A DNA stretch of 64,000 nucleotides, taken from Octopus bimaculoides. Taxonomy: Eukaryota. The notes under the pieces are model-generated. The model ran no database searches. It was not told where the DNA came from and saw nothing but the letters and a program-made list of their open reading frames with translations. The DNA lies in the NCBI RefSeq assembly GCF_001194135.2, contig NC_068983.1:127412470-127476469 (forward strand). The letters run 5' to 3'. Positions 24,609-38,211 of this stretch are shown here, piece by piece; the stretch's first letter is position 1; every line of letters begins with the position of its first letter. The position numbers were made by a program, and so were the translations under genes.

Positions 24609-25263
24609 CATACCCATGAATTGGCTTGTCGTTTTTATTTTACTTCCCAGCGATATATCTGTGCCAGTTTATGATTCACAAACCACACGCTTACACATTC
24701 TTGCACAGACGCATATCAACATACACAGTAACTATCTGTACGAATCTCTCACCTCCTATTCTTTCTCTCTCATCTTTGACATTCATTTTCAACGTAATAC
24801 CCATTCGTCGGCCAAATTTGTTTCACGCGTAAACTGCACTGAATCACATTTATATGCTTTTTTTTATTAAATCATATTATGCTATAGAATTTTATATTTT
24901 ATATGTATTATGTTATATTACGTTCTGTAGCGTTGATAAACTCCATATTTTTTTTCCGAAATCATTTTTTACTGTTTCACACATTATAACCATTTACCGT
25001 CTTTATCGTAACGTTTGCTCTGCTTCCCTTTCACTTTATCATTCATTTCTCTTCTCTCTACCTACGTCTCTCTGACTCTTTCCCTCTCTCTCTCTCTCCC
25101 TCTCTCTCTCTCCCTCTCTCTCTCTCTCTCTTTCTCTTTCTCTCCCTCTGTATCATTCTATGTCTCATTATTCGTCTTCCTTTTACTAATACATTGTTGT
25201 CCTTTTCCCGCCACTCTCTTTCTTCGGAACACCAATTTAACAAGTATACTCAAACAATTAATC
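24239..25263. repeat. Perfect 32-bp inverted repeat pair (24239-24270 / 25232-25263), probably ends of a repeat family
   Basis: gattaattgtttgagtatacttgttaaattgg / ccaatttaacaagtatactcaaacaattaatc; both copies continue into aaggacaac. Confidence 0.8.
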
Positions 25264-25541
25264 AATCGCAAGCGAGGTGCTCTGATGCTATTTTTTAGCT
25301 ATTACTACCGAGCCAAAAGATTGGATTTATCGATTTTATGCCTCTTAGTCCTCGCTGACACTCTGCATATCGCTCTTGTTGCTCGGGTGTCACTATTACT
25401 GGTATTATATATTTTTTGTTCTATTTTCTATGATTCTTTTTTTAGTCTCAACCTATTTCCTAAAATGAAACGTTTTTACTTTGGTGACTATGAATTGATA
25501 AATAAAGTAAAATTGTTTCTAAACCAATGAAAATGCAAATA

Positions 25542-25543
<2 letters not shown>

Positions 25544-25614
<71 letters not shown>

Positions 25615-25715
25615 CCTGCTGCTGCTATTACTACTACAACAACAAATAATAACAACAACAATAACAACAACAACAATAACAACAACAACAACAATAACAA
25701 CGACAAGAATAATAA
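25544..25715. repeat. Compound trinucleotide microsatellite (TAC)n-(TGC)n-(AAC/AAT)n
   Basis: Direct reading. Confidence 0.95.
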
Positions 25716-25721
25716 TTGTTG

Positions 25722-26525
25722 TCAAAGCCCTTACACTTCAATGGTTAACGGCAAACTGCTTAAAATCAGAAACAGAAGGATTTACCATAGCAGCCTAAGA
25801 TCAATACCTTCCTAAAAGAAGCTACCGGGCCAACATATTAAAGAACGGCAGCTGCACATATCGTGTATGTCAACAACAAATTCAAACCATCGATCATATT
25901 ATCTCCATGTGCAGTCTGATTGCGCCTACAGAGTATCCCAACAGGCATGATTGAGCTGCACAATAGAGTCACTGGGTAATTTGCAAAAGCTTTGACCTGC
26001 CCCATGATAAAAACTGGTTGGAACACAAACCACATCCAGTGCCTTAAAATGATAACATCTCAATCCTGTGGCACTTCACTATTCAAACTGACAGAAAGAC
26101 AGATGCAAAAAGGCCAGATATTACATTGAAAGACATCAGACAATCGATATAAATGTATCTCTCAAGACCTACCAAAAACTGAGCAAAACAGAAATAGGCA
26201 AAATGTTAAACCTGAACACTAAAACAATCCCTGTTGTCATAGGTGCCCTGGGAATGATAGCAAAAGGGGCTGATTGCCACCTAGCTCAGATACCAAAATT
26301 GCAGATATTTAGAAGATAGAGCTCTTGGGAACTGCACATATCTTACGTAACCTCAAACTTTAAAACAAATTCATATGTTTTCTTAAAGATTCTCTAGCAC
26401 AATACTAGGTACGAGACCAAATATCTGACACCCTTGGCAGAATACCAGCATGAACTACTAACTTGTTGTCTGTCGTGGTCAGAATTGGAGCCAAATTGTA
26501 CAAACACAAAGCAAAGGTCAAACAT
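25722..26525 (+). mobile_element. R4/Dong subfamily B, 3' portion
   Basis: LKSETEGFTIAA*DQ, RVCQQQIQTIDHIISMC, KNWLEHKPHPV, ISILWHFTIQTDRK, KTIPVVIGALGMIAKG; 3' UTR matches 9750-9848; ends in (AAT)n. Confidence 0.9.
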
Positions 26526-26543
26526 AATAATAATAATAATAAT

Positions 26544-26580
<37 letters not shown>

Positions 26581-26583
<3 letters not shown>

Positions 26584-26739
26584 TACAGAAAATTGCATTC
26601 CTGGGCACTGCATACATCCTACGCAAAACACTTTCAATACAGTAACCATAAGAGTATCGCAGCAAACCACAGCACATACCCAAGGTACACAGTGCTGCGC
26701 TCGGTAGTGAAGTGAAAGCACGTTATAAAAATAAAAATA

Positions 26740-26745
<6 letters not shown>
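26581..26745 (+). mobile_element. R4/Dong subfamily A, extreme 3' end between two (AAT)n tracts
   Basis: IQKIAFLGTAYILRKTLSIQ* plus a 3' UTR matching 20300-20460. Confidence 0.92.
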
Positions 26746-26820
<75 letters not shown>

Positions 26821-27035
26821 TAGCCGAACAGGCAGAGTCCGTAGCACACCATCCAAAATGCTTAGCAGTGTTTTTTCTGCCCTTACCTTCGGAGTTTAAA
26901 CTCCGCCGACGTTGACTTTGGTTTTCGTTCCTTCAGGGTCAATAAAATAAGCACCAGTTGTACACTAGAGACGATGTAGTCGACTCACACCTCTCTCCAC
27001 AAAATTGCGAGGCGTGTGCCCAAATTAGAAAGAAC
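26821..27035 (+). mobile_element. SINE S2
   Basis: cggagtttaaactccgccgacgttgactttggttttcgttccttcagggtcaataaaataagcaccagttg...gatgtagtcgact...gtgtgcccaaattagaaa. Confidence 0.8.
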
Positions 27036-27037
27036 CT

Positions 27038-27197
27038 TCATCATCATCGTCGTCGTCGTCGTCGTCACCACCACCACCATCATCATCATTATCATCACCG
27101 TCATCATCATCATCATCATCATGATCGTCATCGTCATCATCATTTCATCACCATCGTCATCTTCATCGTCATCGTCATCGTCTTCATCATCATCACC
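27038..27197. repeat. Compound (CAT/CGT/CAC)n microsatellite
   Basis: Direct reading; explains the poly-H/S/I ORFs. Confidence 0.95.
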
Positions 27198-27597
27198 TGT
27201 CTGGTTCTTTGCGTTCATTATTGTCTTTCATTCTACATCAACAGCAACGCAAACAGCGAAATCAATGACAATTGATATAACCGAACAACAGAGAAGAGAG
27301 CAACCGACAATAAAATTCAACACTGCGTCTATATTGGCTTACCGTACAAGTGGGAAATGGCGGAAAAAGTATTTCACAAACAACGTCAGGAGATCCAGTC
27401 TCCCCGTGAGAATCAATACACGGGACTGCATAGCCAAACACTACCACACACAAACAAACAACACACTAGACACACACTAACTAAACCAATAAGCAATCTG
27501 AACAGCCGTGCCAATGTTGAGCAGCCTGCCATGTTTGAAATTCAACATGGTCTAACTGGTAACGTGCTCCTGTAGGGTGGCATATATAGTATCGTCC

Positions 27598-27750
27598 ATG
27601 AGACGCCGTCACCATTCGGAGGAGGAGCATCTGTTCATGGTTACGCCGCACAGCGCCGAGTTCCAACACAACCAACAACATTCTGATGGGAATTTCTCCA
27701 CCTTTTTACAAGCAAGAAAGAAGGATGCAATTTGTCTAAGAATTACAGAG
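27598..27750 (+). CDS. Candidate first coding exon of an unidentified gene
   Basis: ATG-opened frame MRRRHHSEEEHLFMVTPHSAEFQHNQQHSDGNFSTFLQARKKDAICLRITE ending at gag|gtacag, in a CpG-richer unique block; no recognisable homology. Confidence 0.2.
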
Positions 27751-28771
27751 GTACAGTTTATTAGTATCCACGTAACAAGCTTGAATCGCCGCCAGGTTCA
27801 TGCGTAGAAACAGTCTAATTTTTCCAGGATCTTTGACCTAAAACAATTTTTCGGTCACATAGTGTTTTTCTGTTCGCAGCCGAACATCTTACATCTCTCT
27901 ACGTCGTCGCTCCCATACAGTTTTCTTAGGTTCAGAAATGCATGTTCAACCTGAAGTGTATAGCCGGTTGAGGTAATCCAATGGTATTACACATACATTT
28001 TAACCAACGAAAATTGCCTAGGATGTAACGAATGACTGAGTGAAGAGTTATCTTATGGAAAGAAGAAATATTAGAAAGTTGCTAAATCTTCCTCTCTAGA
28101 GAATACATACGTTTTACGATATCCGACGTAGCAAAATCTCACTATTATAATTTCTTCTACGATCTTAAACGTCCACGAATGTATAGGGTTTCATACACAT
28201 TAGAAGCTCATTCATAAAAAAAAATGTGTTGATGTATATAACTTACGCAACGTAATGCTGTCTCAAGCAGAACTAATGATAATAAATCTCTCAGTGTGAG
28301 AAATATTTTTTTGCGTTTAAATATTTCATTAAATATTTCTAAATTTTCAGCTGTTTTTTTTTTCTCATATATTACACTTCCCTGAAAATTACTCAGCTTT
28401 TATGTCTTTGCTTGAAATAGCTGGAAAAGAATATGTGTTTCAAATAATTTTTTAGCTGCTTCTTGAATTAGATTTCACTATTGCCGCTGCAACGTTCTCG
28501 GTGTCGTATCCGTGTGAAAATAGGTCTTAACTAAAGATTTTACTTTAAGAATTTATCAATTTAGAGACAATGTACTAAAATGAATAAAGTAACATTTGAT
28601 TTTGTGTATGTGTCAAAACATTAAAGCGATAAAGTCGATAACAAATATTGCCATTCGGGACAATATTAGACACAAATTTCAGTTTCGGCCCAACTTATGT
28701 ATCTCCTCTGAAAATTATAGGAGATAATATTAATCGTTACATATTGCTAGCAATATACTGAATACGAGAGA

Positions 28772-29620
28772 TACGTCATTTGGTCAATAAGTATTCGGAC
28801 TGTTGCCATAGTAATGTAGCTAAAGCACACAGAATGAAGCTACTTGGTATAGATTGACCACGAAATCTACGCTACAAGCGCACCAACTTTCAACGTTTTA
28901 GCTCACTTTGGCTGTTTACAGCAGTGTTTGGAACGAAGGTGTGTAGCGTGTGATGGTCGCAGTCACCATGACAAAGAAAGTTATCATGGCGAAACCTGCT
29001 CAGCGGCCAGTATGTGCCTCACACAATTGTACAAGCGGTTTAGACGTCTCCGAGATAGCCGAAAAATGTCGATATTGACGAAGGTCTTGGGAGACTTGCA
29101 ACCGGGCAGGACTGCGAAAAGCATCGCAGATGTGCGTGCAGCTGTGAGGGAAAATCACCGAATCACCATCCGTGAGTTATCGAAGGTTATGCAGATTATT
29201 TACCGTTCAGTTCAGTCCATTATTCCTCACGATTTGTGTATGAGACGAGTATCTGCCAAGTTTGTGACAGAGCTGTTTCAACTGACCGACAAGACACTGG
29301 AGTTTCAGTTGCACAACATCATGATTGTACCGAGAACAATGAAAACTTTTTGAAAACTTTGCGTAGGACTCTGAGCAGGTGACACCAAGCTTTTGACAAA
29401 ATTTGATGCAGGTTGTCTGCTCAAATGTATCTTTGTCAATGCAAGGATCACACGCTAATCAGCTTTTCCCAAGCACTGCTGTTAACACCAGAAGTGAGCT
29501 AGAACATTGAAACTTAGTGTGCAAGCACAGCTGAGTTCAAGATCAATCTTCGCCATACTCTGCATGCTTTACCTTTGTTACTATGGCAACAATACTGATA
29601 CTTATTTATCAGACCACGTA
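28772..29620 (+). mobile_element. Internally deleted mariner (different family), ~850 bp
   Basis: ~42-bp imperfect TIRs tacgtcatttggtcaataagtattcggactgttgccatagtaa / ttactatggcaacaatactgatacttatttatcagaccacgta with TA at both ends; HTH-region translation VRAAVRENHRITIRELS..DLCMRRVSAKFV; no catalytic domain. Confidence 0.88.
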
Positions 29621-30080
29621 TAGTCCGAAAACATCTTATTTCCACAACCTTCTCCAAGAAAAAATGTAAAAAAGGCTTCCAGCTCCCGCTTACAGTTTAA
29701 TATAAATTGCCATTAATTGATATGTATCGCCATTGCAAAGATTAGGAGAGTCAAGATTATTACAAATACAGTCATTCCCAGACGTAATGCAGTATGGAGA
29801 CTCTTACGTGGAATCAAACTAAAAACACGATGTTGATTAGATGTTGTTTATAAAATATTGATTAACATCTGCAAACGTACAGAATATATCAAGTAATTAT
29901 TCATCAAAATTGCATAGTTTTCCCACTATGCAATTGTTGTATTAACATCAGAACATATGAGATGATAATACTTTCGTTAATAGAAGACAATTCAGATTGT
30001 ATATTTAGTGCGGCCTTCAATATATGAAGGACGTTATAAAGCTTATACGTCAAGACAACCACGAATTAAAGTATTTTACT

Positions 30081-30087
<7 letters not shown>

Positions 30088-30151
<64 letters not shown>
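30088..30151. repeat. (AAT)n microsatellite with no Dong insertion
   Basis: Direct reading; unique-looking flanks. Confidence 0.95.
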
Positions 30152-30153
<2 letters not shown>

Positions 30154-31979
30154 GGTTCCTTCATTGTTGTATATTTTACATTTGTTCATTCAACGTATGT
30201 TGAACCGTGAATTACACCAATGAACAGACGAGACTATTTCAACTGCTATTTTATTTTTTTAAAATTGACAACTACCTTCTTTATATGCTGGAAAATATAT
30301 AAAAAAACTTACTTCACTTGTTCGACAGAATATCTGCGACAATTTGAGTTTAGTAACAGAACATCATTTACATTCAGGTTTGAATAAGATAAAACTTTTT
30401 TATAAAAATTCTTTGGAAATTAGAGAAATTTCCTGTGACTTGCAAGAACATTAATTGTATCAATTATTTTCATGGCCAATCTTCTTATCTATTCAAATAT
30501 AATCAATTAAAAATAGAAGAGTACTCGTGAAGGAGAGAGGAACATTGGACGTAACAAATACTAAAAATTGTCAAAAGGAATCAACACAAAATACAAATGG
30601 CATCAACTGTTACAGATAGGTTATATTCTATGATGTAAATGGTTGCAACACGGTCTCTTAAGAGTGTTTCTGTTAATGAAAGATGTTCATAGATGGAATG
30701 AAACTTCCGTATAAAACAAGTATCAGCCTCATTGATTATTTTCATTTACGTAAGACAGTTCAAATTTGAGTGTGTATGATGTGTATGCGAGATACATGAG
30801 TTGTGCAAGCGCGCACGTGTGTGTGAATATATGCTGCAGAGTATGTAAATAAGAGACGGAAATAATAGAATATTCATGTAAATTCCTGATACTAGTTTTT
30901 GACTTCAAACATTACAGTGAAAACAACCAGCTCGATGATTAGAAGCTGTGAAACGAAAACACATCTCTGTGAAACTTTTTCTCCAGTTTAGTACACCAAG
31001 AAGTACATCATGATACACCGCTCCTTAATTATGTCTTTTTATCTCAGTAAAAGTGTGATCACTAGCAGAGATTAGCTACTATATTCCTGGAGGTAATTCG
31101 TACAAACCAGTAGTGACCAAGTAGATAGCGTGATATACTAGTCGTATAGCTATTTGGAGTGGAGAAAGTTTCAATGTAACATAAATAATAGGAAATATTC
31201 TGAATTATATATGTTATTTTTTGTTTCAGTTAATAGATGCCAATAGATAACATGTATAATGTGAATAAATATGTAAAACATTTCAAACGATTGATTAAAT
31301 GTAGCAATTTTAAGAAGTTTTGGAAACGAAATCGCTTTACTTTTTTCAGTTTGCATTCAATTTCAATATATTCAAAAGTAGGAATAAACGAAAAAGATAC
31401 TGGAATTTAATAACACTAAAAATGTAAAAACAACAAAATTTTATCATAGATTTAAATATATAAATTCCGGTGCAGGTGAAAAAAGGTGTTTTCCGATGAT
31501 AAATCGATGTGGTATGAATTAATAATGAAGGGAATATGATTAATGACATACTGATGTTTCCTAATAAATGGAAGATGTAGTTTCAACACATATGCAATTG
31601 TTGATATTGAGAAAATTATATGCGACGGAAAGTTTCTGTTCCTTCATAAATTTAGTAATACGTGACAGAATGGAACATGAATGATCCATCGAGAAGGAAA
31701 CTAAGCCGCTGATTATTCTGCTAAAATTTTGGTGGGTGAGTCACTGAAATCTCTAGTATAATTAGAGCTTCTATTCAACAATTAGTATATTATCCATTAC
31801 TTAATAATAGTGTACTTATTTACCGAATATCGTGTAGCAGACGCAGATACAATCATATATGTGTGTATATATGAATGTGTGTGTGCATGTGTGTGTATAT
31901 AAATAAATACCTACATGTACACACACTCTCTCTTTCTCTCTGTCTCTCTCACACATACAGGCACAGACAATAGGTATAC

Positions 31980-32035
<56 letters not shown>

Positions 32036-33374
32036 NNNNNNNNNNNNNNNNNNNNNNNNNNNNNNNNNNNNNNNNNNNNNNNNNNNNNNNNNNNNNNNNN
32101 NNNNNNNNNNNNNNNNNNNNNNNNNNNNNNNNNNNNNNNNNNNNNNNNNNNNNNNNNNNNNNNNNNNNNNNNNNNNNNNNNNNNNNNNNNNNNNNNNNNN
32201 NNNNNNNNNNNNNNNNNNNNNNNNNNNNNNNNNNNNNNNNNNNNNNNNNNNNNNNNNNNNNNNNNNNNNNNNNNNNNNNNNNNNNNNNNNNNNNNNNNNN
32301 NNNNNNNNNNNNNNNNNNNNNNNNNNNNNNNAAAGTTAGACACAAGATTATGTAAATGACCACTAATATCGAGGTAGATAACTCTCTGCGTTGCGGAAGC
32401 TTGCGCTGAGCCAATAATGGAGAACATTTTTAGTGAACCATATTAAAATTTTAATATTTCAATATTTTAAATATTTTTGTTATTAGAATATCTTAGTTCA
32501 AGATGAATGACTTTAGATTAGCCACTTATTTTGTAATATATTTATACAAATGCATTTTAGTATTTTATAAGTTTAAATTTCATGAAATACTGATAATATT
32601 AAATTATAAGATGTAATTTCAACAGTTAAATTCCATGAATTTTGTTCCCGGCGTCGTTTTATCACGAGATAGGGTAAATAGAGAGCATGGTAAGGTTTTT
32701 TTTCTTTTTATTTTGACCCTGGTGGCTTACACATCTTTACTCATAGTATTTGTATTGTTCATATTCTTCTTATAGTTCCATAGAGAGCATTTTATTCCTT
32801 ATAACTACAGTACTGAGAAAATAGAGACATATTTTACATGACATTCAAACATACTGAAATTTCCACCCATAGATGTTCAATTTCTAAAGCAAATTGGATT
32901 AGACGTTCACTATATTTCAAGATCTCTTTAATCCAAATCAACAAACGCATATAATTTAACAATCATTTTAAAACCGCTCCATCAGTGTATTTTACGAAAT
33001 ATATTGATTTTTCCGTTACTCTGAATTGCACAAATTCTAGGAGAAGACTGCGCAGTCGGTGACCATCTTAACATCTAAATGCTTTTTTAAATGTAAATCT
33101 TACTTTTATTCAAAACATTCTATAGCTCTCGGAAATTTCTGGAAATTTAATTTCTAAAATATTTTCGAATAGGTCGAATTCGCTCTTAATGAAGCTACGC
33201 AACATTTCAATAGGTTCTCCACAAGCTTGCAGTTTCATGTTAAGTTCAATAGGATGCAGTGAAAAATCTGTGATGTCTTAACTTTATTGAGCTTGTAAGG
33301 TTATTTCACATTATAAATTCAGGCTCGGTGCTACCGTCATCTAAATAAATAAAAAAAAGATTTAAATCACTTAC

Positions 33375-33425
33375 GTATTCAGCAAACCCCATAAGTACTT
33401 GACCGTATCTCAATCTCAGCATGTG
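33375..33425 (-). CDS. Candidate 51-nt internal exon (phase 0/0)
   Basis: attttcctaatgtacag|CACATG...GAATAC|gtaagtga; single open frame HMLRLRYGQVLMGFAEY; protein not recognised. Confidence 0.35.
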
Positions 33426-36197
33426 CTGTACATTAGGAAAATAGTATAAACTATTTTAATTTACATTAACTTTGAAATGAATTCTCGTTTACGTAAATTT
33501 CTGACTATGAAATTGACAACGTTTCTCTCAACTATCATCATAGTAGCAACGTCTTGAACAAATAATTTTATTCATGGTTCTTCATGATGTGCAATGCAAT
33601 GGAAAAAGAAATATAGGCCAACAGCTAATATAAATTTGTTTACAAAATACAATTATCAGTTTATTTCATAACGCATACTTTCTTCATAACATATTGACAT
33701 AAAACACTTATGTTGTTGCTGACATTTTAAGGCAAATTGTCTAACTTAATGAACACTTCATGAATAACAACTATCCTCAAAATAATTGATAATTGAGATG
33801 TCAAGACCGACCTAATAAGTGTCACGGCTGTTTAAGTTGATTTTCTTGTTCAAGTAATATGAAGTTCCCTTGACTAGTCCATGAAGGCTTTGGGCTCAGA
33901 AATCATAAGCTGCGTTCCGATTCTTTTCAACAAACATTCTACTATGTGGTACAGCAAAGTACTTCATTCCAAGTTGTTTCAGCCTAGCCATCTATATTTT
34001 GTGGTTGCCAAATGCTTGTGCAGTCTCGCTCTGCCTCATCTATAATATCTTGGATATTCCACGAAATCACATGTGGGAGGACCGCTGGCGTATTTATGTC
34101 ACCCAAGACGACATAGTCATCTACGACAGTTAGACAAAGCCTGATACATGATAAGAAATCAAACGCACTAGTGAACAACCATTCAATTGAGCAGTATATA
34201 ATAGCCTTTATTTTTATAATTATTACTTGCAATGTTTTTCTACTTATTACTAACTTGCTCGCATGCTTTCCAATAGCGTCCTTGTGTAACATATTAAACA
34301 AATGCTTCGTTCAATAAGGAGTATATTATTTAAATTATATTCCTTTGTAAGTAATAGTATGTAATATACTAAAACTTGAATCAATGAAATAGTAACTTCC
34401 TGCTAAAAAAAATAATAATATATCTGACTTGGAATCACATGTAAATGTTTTTCAACATTCAAAAGTATGTTTGCCTTGGAGAATTTAGTGTCACTCACAC
34501 GTCGATTCTCCCAATATATACAAATCATATATATATCAATAATTCTTGTGAACTTGTCATATTTTAACTGTCAGTTTATGTTATTGCAGTCTGTCTTAAA
34601 AATCAAAAAATATAGAATTCGAAAGTAAATATAAGAAAAATATAAGAAAAGTTATGTACTTCTCATATCGTGTATCCTTTGTAACTAAAAGATGCTGTGT
34701 TGGTAGATACTTCCATTGTTTGCTAATTTCAATTTAAAGGATAAATATTGATTTAACTGAAGAATGCATTGTGTTAAGAATAATGCAGTGACATTTTAAA
34801 CTATTTCTTTGAGATAGTTTTTCAAAATTAGCGATAACGCAAATATATATTATTTTCATAATCCACTGCCTGTCACCCAAAAGCCTGAAGCCAGTCTCGA
34901 CTGACATGCATGTAATTGGTTTGTTATTGCTTGTATAAGCAGGGCACAGAGACATAATATCAGCTTCCATTGCTAGGACTGCAAGTTGCTACTCAAACAT
35001 TTTGAATTATTAGCATTCCATATGATGAAACACTTCGTCACCTTTGGTAAACAATAGCAAAATTATTCATGCTTCTTTGATGTATATTTCAGCTTAGCTT
35101 ATCATATCTTAGTGTAAACTACTAATGAACATTCGATATCGACTACGAGAATCACGAGTACTCTGCTATTTAACATTCAATGATGCATTGACTCGAACTT
35201 GAATATTTTTTATGCCATGTCAAATTTCTTTCGCCTATTCAAAAAAAACCAAAATCATTTGAAAAATCAATAATTTAATTTTGAGATATCCAGTAATCAG
35301 TTTCCTAATTAAAATGTTATCTAGCATGAAATTAGATTAACCATGATTTTAGAGAAATACCTCATATCTATCGACTTCGGTAAGATTTGAACTGTAAACG
35401 TAAGGTGACGAATGTAACTGCCCTTCTGCATTTAATATCACGCACTATTGCCTCTGGAACATAACTTCCTTCAATTTCAAGAAAATTAGAAATGAAATCA
35501 ATAATGCTTATAGATTATATAATTAGAAAATTATTTAACATGCACTTTTCTATATTTACATTTCGAAAATTCAGGAAAGATTGCTGCGATATAATACAGC
35601 TAGACTAAAGGAGATTTGATATTAAAGAGGATATACGTCAGAATGTTGTATTAGATCGTTGATGTGTTTTGTCAATATCAATTAGAAAGTATTCAATAGT
35701 AGAAAGAGATTTTTGAAGCCGTGCCGTGCGCTGAGGTTTTAATTACTTCGTCTGAAACAAAAACTTGTATGGAAATATCTTACGGGAACTAGACGTGATC
35801 ATCCTAATTCATATATTTTATACATATCATTGGGTGTGTTACTTTAAAAAGTGTTTAGTTAAATAGTTTATAAGAGCATTTTAGAAGATCAAACATAATA
35901 GACAGTACACATTTAATTACCATGGGGATATCATAGTTCATAAATTTAGCAACAAATAATCACATGATTATAATAGGTGCTAATTATCCAATTACTATGC
36001 ATAAACAAATGACCTGTAATTTAGATATTTTCAAACGATTTCCTTTCTTGGTGACACAAATACTCTCCAATTAAATGATTTTATTATCACTTGAAAAACA
36101 CAAACAAGAAACCTCTAATTCCATGCTAATAAAAGAAATAACTCGTTGCTATGTTTCAAATCAGATCCTTTACTTTTCCTTGTATAGTGGAAATTAT

Positions 36198-36345
36198 TTC
36201 AAATGTCGCCGAGCTCAACCTTGTTTCCGATACCCAACATCCAAGGATCGAAAAAGTGAGATCCTAGAAAAATTCAAGACCGAATCGTACTGACGGATTA
36301 CTTACTCTCAAAGTTGTTGGCCTTGTGCCTTAATTAGAGACTTTA
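36198..36345 (+). mobile_element. Very diverged SINE S2 fragment
   Basis: ttcaaatgtcgccgagctcaaccttg...gttggccttgtgccttaattaga resembles the S2 core and tail. Confidence 0.45.
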
Positions 36346-37431
36346 TAGAGAAGAAATGCTACAGCCCTGGTATTATGAACAAAAGAACTGAAAGAATATA
36401 TATACACTAGTGAATTCAAATTTAAACGCATATCTTATTATTGTTAATTAATTACTTTCCCATTCACACTAAGCTCGATGATTCGGGATTTATTCAGAAA
36501 CATTTATTTCACATCTGTCCGACCTTCGGCGGTTTCATTACAACATCAACTTTTATATGACTATTTGCCCTCACCTTTCTCAATCCATGTATATTTCTAG
36601 AGAAATGGAATTGGGATAGCCATTCGTCACCTTTTTTTAACAGTGTCCGACGTAGATGATTCTGAAAGCAATTCAGGTGAACAAAAATGGATGACTCGAA
36701 CTTATATTTATCGATTATATAAGGGTGTAAATCAAAGTTGAAATCGGTGTGTGTGAACCCAGAGCAAATTAAGAAGTAAATATTAGGGAAAAGGTATTCT
36801 ATATGTTAAATTCTTCAACTATACACAATCTCACGCAATTAATTTGTGTTTTATTCAAATACCTTCTAAATCATGTACGTTTATTTTATGCAGTAGTATA
36901 TATAAAGAGTTTTGCTTTATCTTATAATACAGAATTCATATGTTCATGTAATTTTGGGGGGATTTGATATATTTTATTCATTTCTCTATATTTCGTCTCT
37001 TGCATTTCCTTTGGTTTTATAATATACAAGTGTAAATTTACACCCACGCCCAAAAAAAAGTGTGGCAAATAAACACTGTGTATATTGTAACGTTTGTAAT
37101 GAAATACATTTTGGGAGTGTAAATTTCCTACTAAAAAGCCTTTCTTTGTCTTCACTTGGTTAGTCATAATTAGAACCGTCACTTCCATCTGCCAAGGCCT
37201 CACCATGAGAAATACTGAGTGGACATATTTGAAAACAAGTTTGATTGGTTGTTAGCAGAAAAAAAAACCCATTATACAATGGCGACTTTTAAATCAGACC
37301 GTTGATGAAAATGACTAAATGGTGTGATGAATCACAGACGCTTATTTCTTACAATACAATATATTGTGTGACGATATATTCGTGTAAGGGCTTTCACATA
37401 TGTCTCTATTATACAGATTTATGTGTGTGCT

Positions 37432-37469
<38 letters not shown>

Positions 37470-38211
37470 AATAAGAATATGAGTATGTTACATATGTGTG
37501 CGCATTAGTGTGCAACATAATATAATAATATAACATATTGTGTGTGCGTGCATGTGCGTATGTATTTGAATGTAGAAGTAATATGTAAATATTTACTGTA
37601 GTATGAAATAGTTGAGTTAACATACTGAGATTCGTGAGTGTCGCTGATGAAATAACTGATTTCTGAATTATTGTACTGTTGCAAAGTAACATGACTACCT
37701 GAGCATAATGTATACGAAGGACTTATGAAATAAAAAAAATATAGAAAAAGCACTAGAAAAACAGATGTACACTAGTAATATATAAGTGAGCTGTGAAAAA
37801 TATAATATAGAGCAGTTAAGTTTAGTTAGATACAGTGAAGAAAGTGCACCGGTACGTTTTGTTATATAATATATGTTATGTATATAAAAGTTATGAGTTT
37901 AAAAAGAAACCGATGTTTAGGCATTAAATCTTGATAAATTACAAAAGTTTTACCAAAATATTTTCGATATTTAAACATTACAAGGTTAGTCATTGATGAT
38001 ATCAGTCACATTAGCACGTACGCCATTTACGGTAGTGGCAACTTAAGGTCTTCATCACAAATTCTAAAGTCATGTGAATTTACCTCCCTTAGAAAAGATG
38101 TTTTTTCTTATAGTCTAATACATCCCTTCACATTTAATGCGGCTATTTTTCATAACAAATAAACAAAGACATATGTGTCTACCTTGAATTAAAGTGCACT
38201 TTCCATTATAG

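Noticed and set aside
26958-27480. Poly-His, poly-Ser and poly-Asp ORFs
   Set aside because: Compound CAT/CGT microsatellite read in three frames.
33984-34301. Minus-strand ORF with VLGDINTP (APE-endonuclease-like) and a + strand frame with LWLP (GPCR TM6-like)
   Set aside because: Single short motifs with no supporting neighbours; not distinguishable from chance.
37645-37675. ctgatga...gaat
   Set aside because: GAAA missing and no stem I or III.
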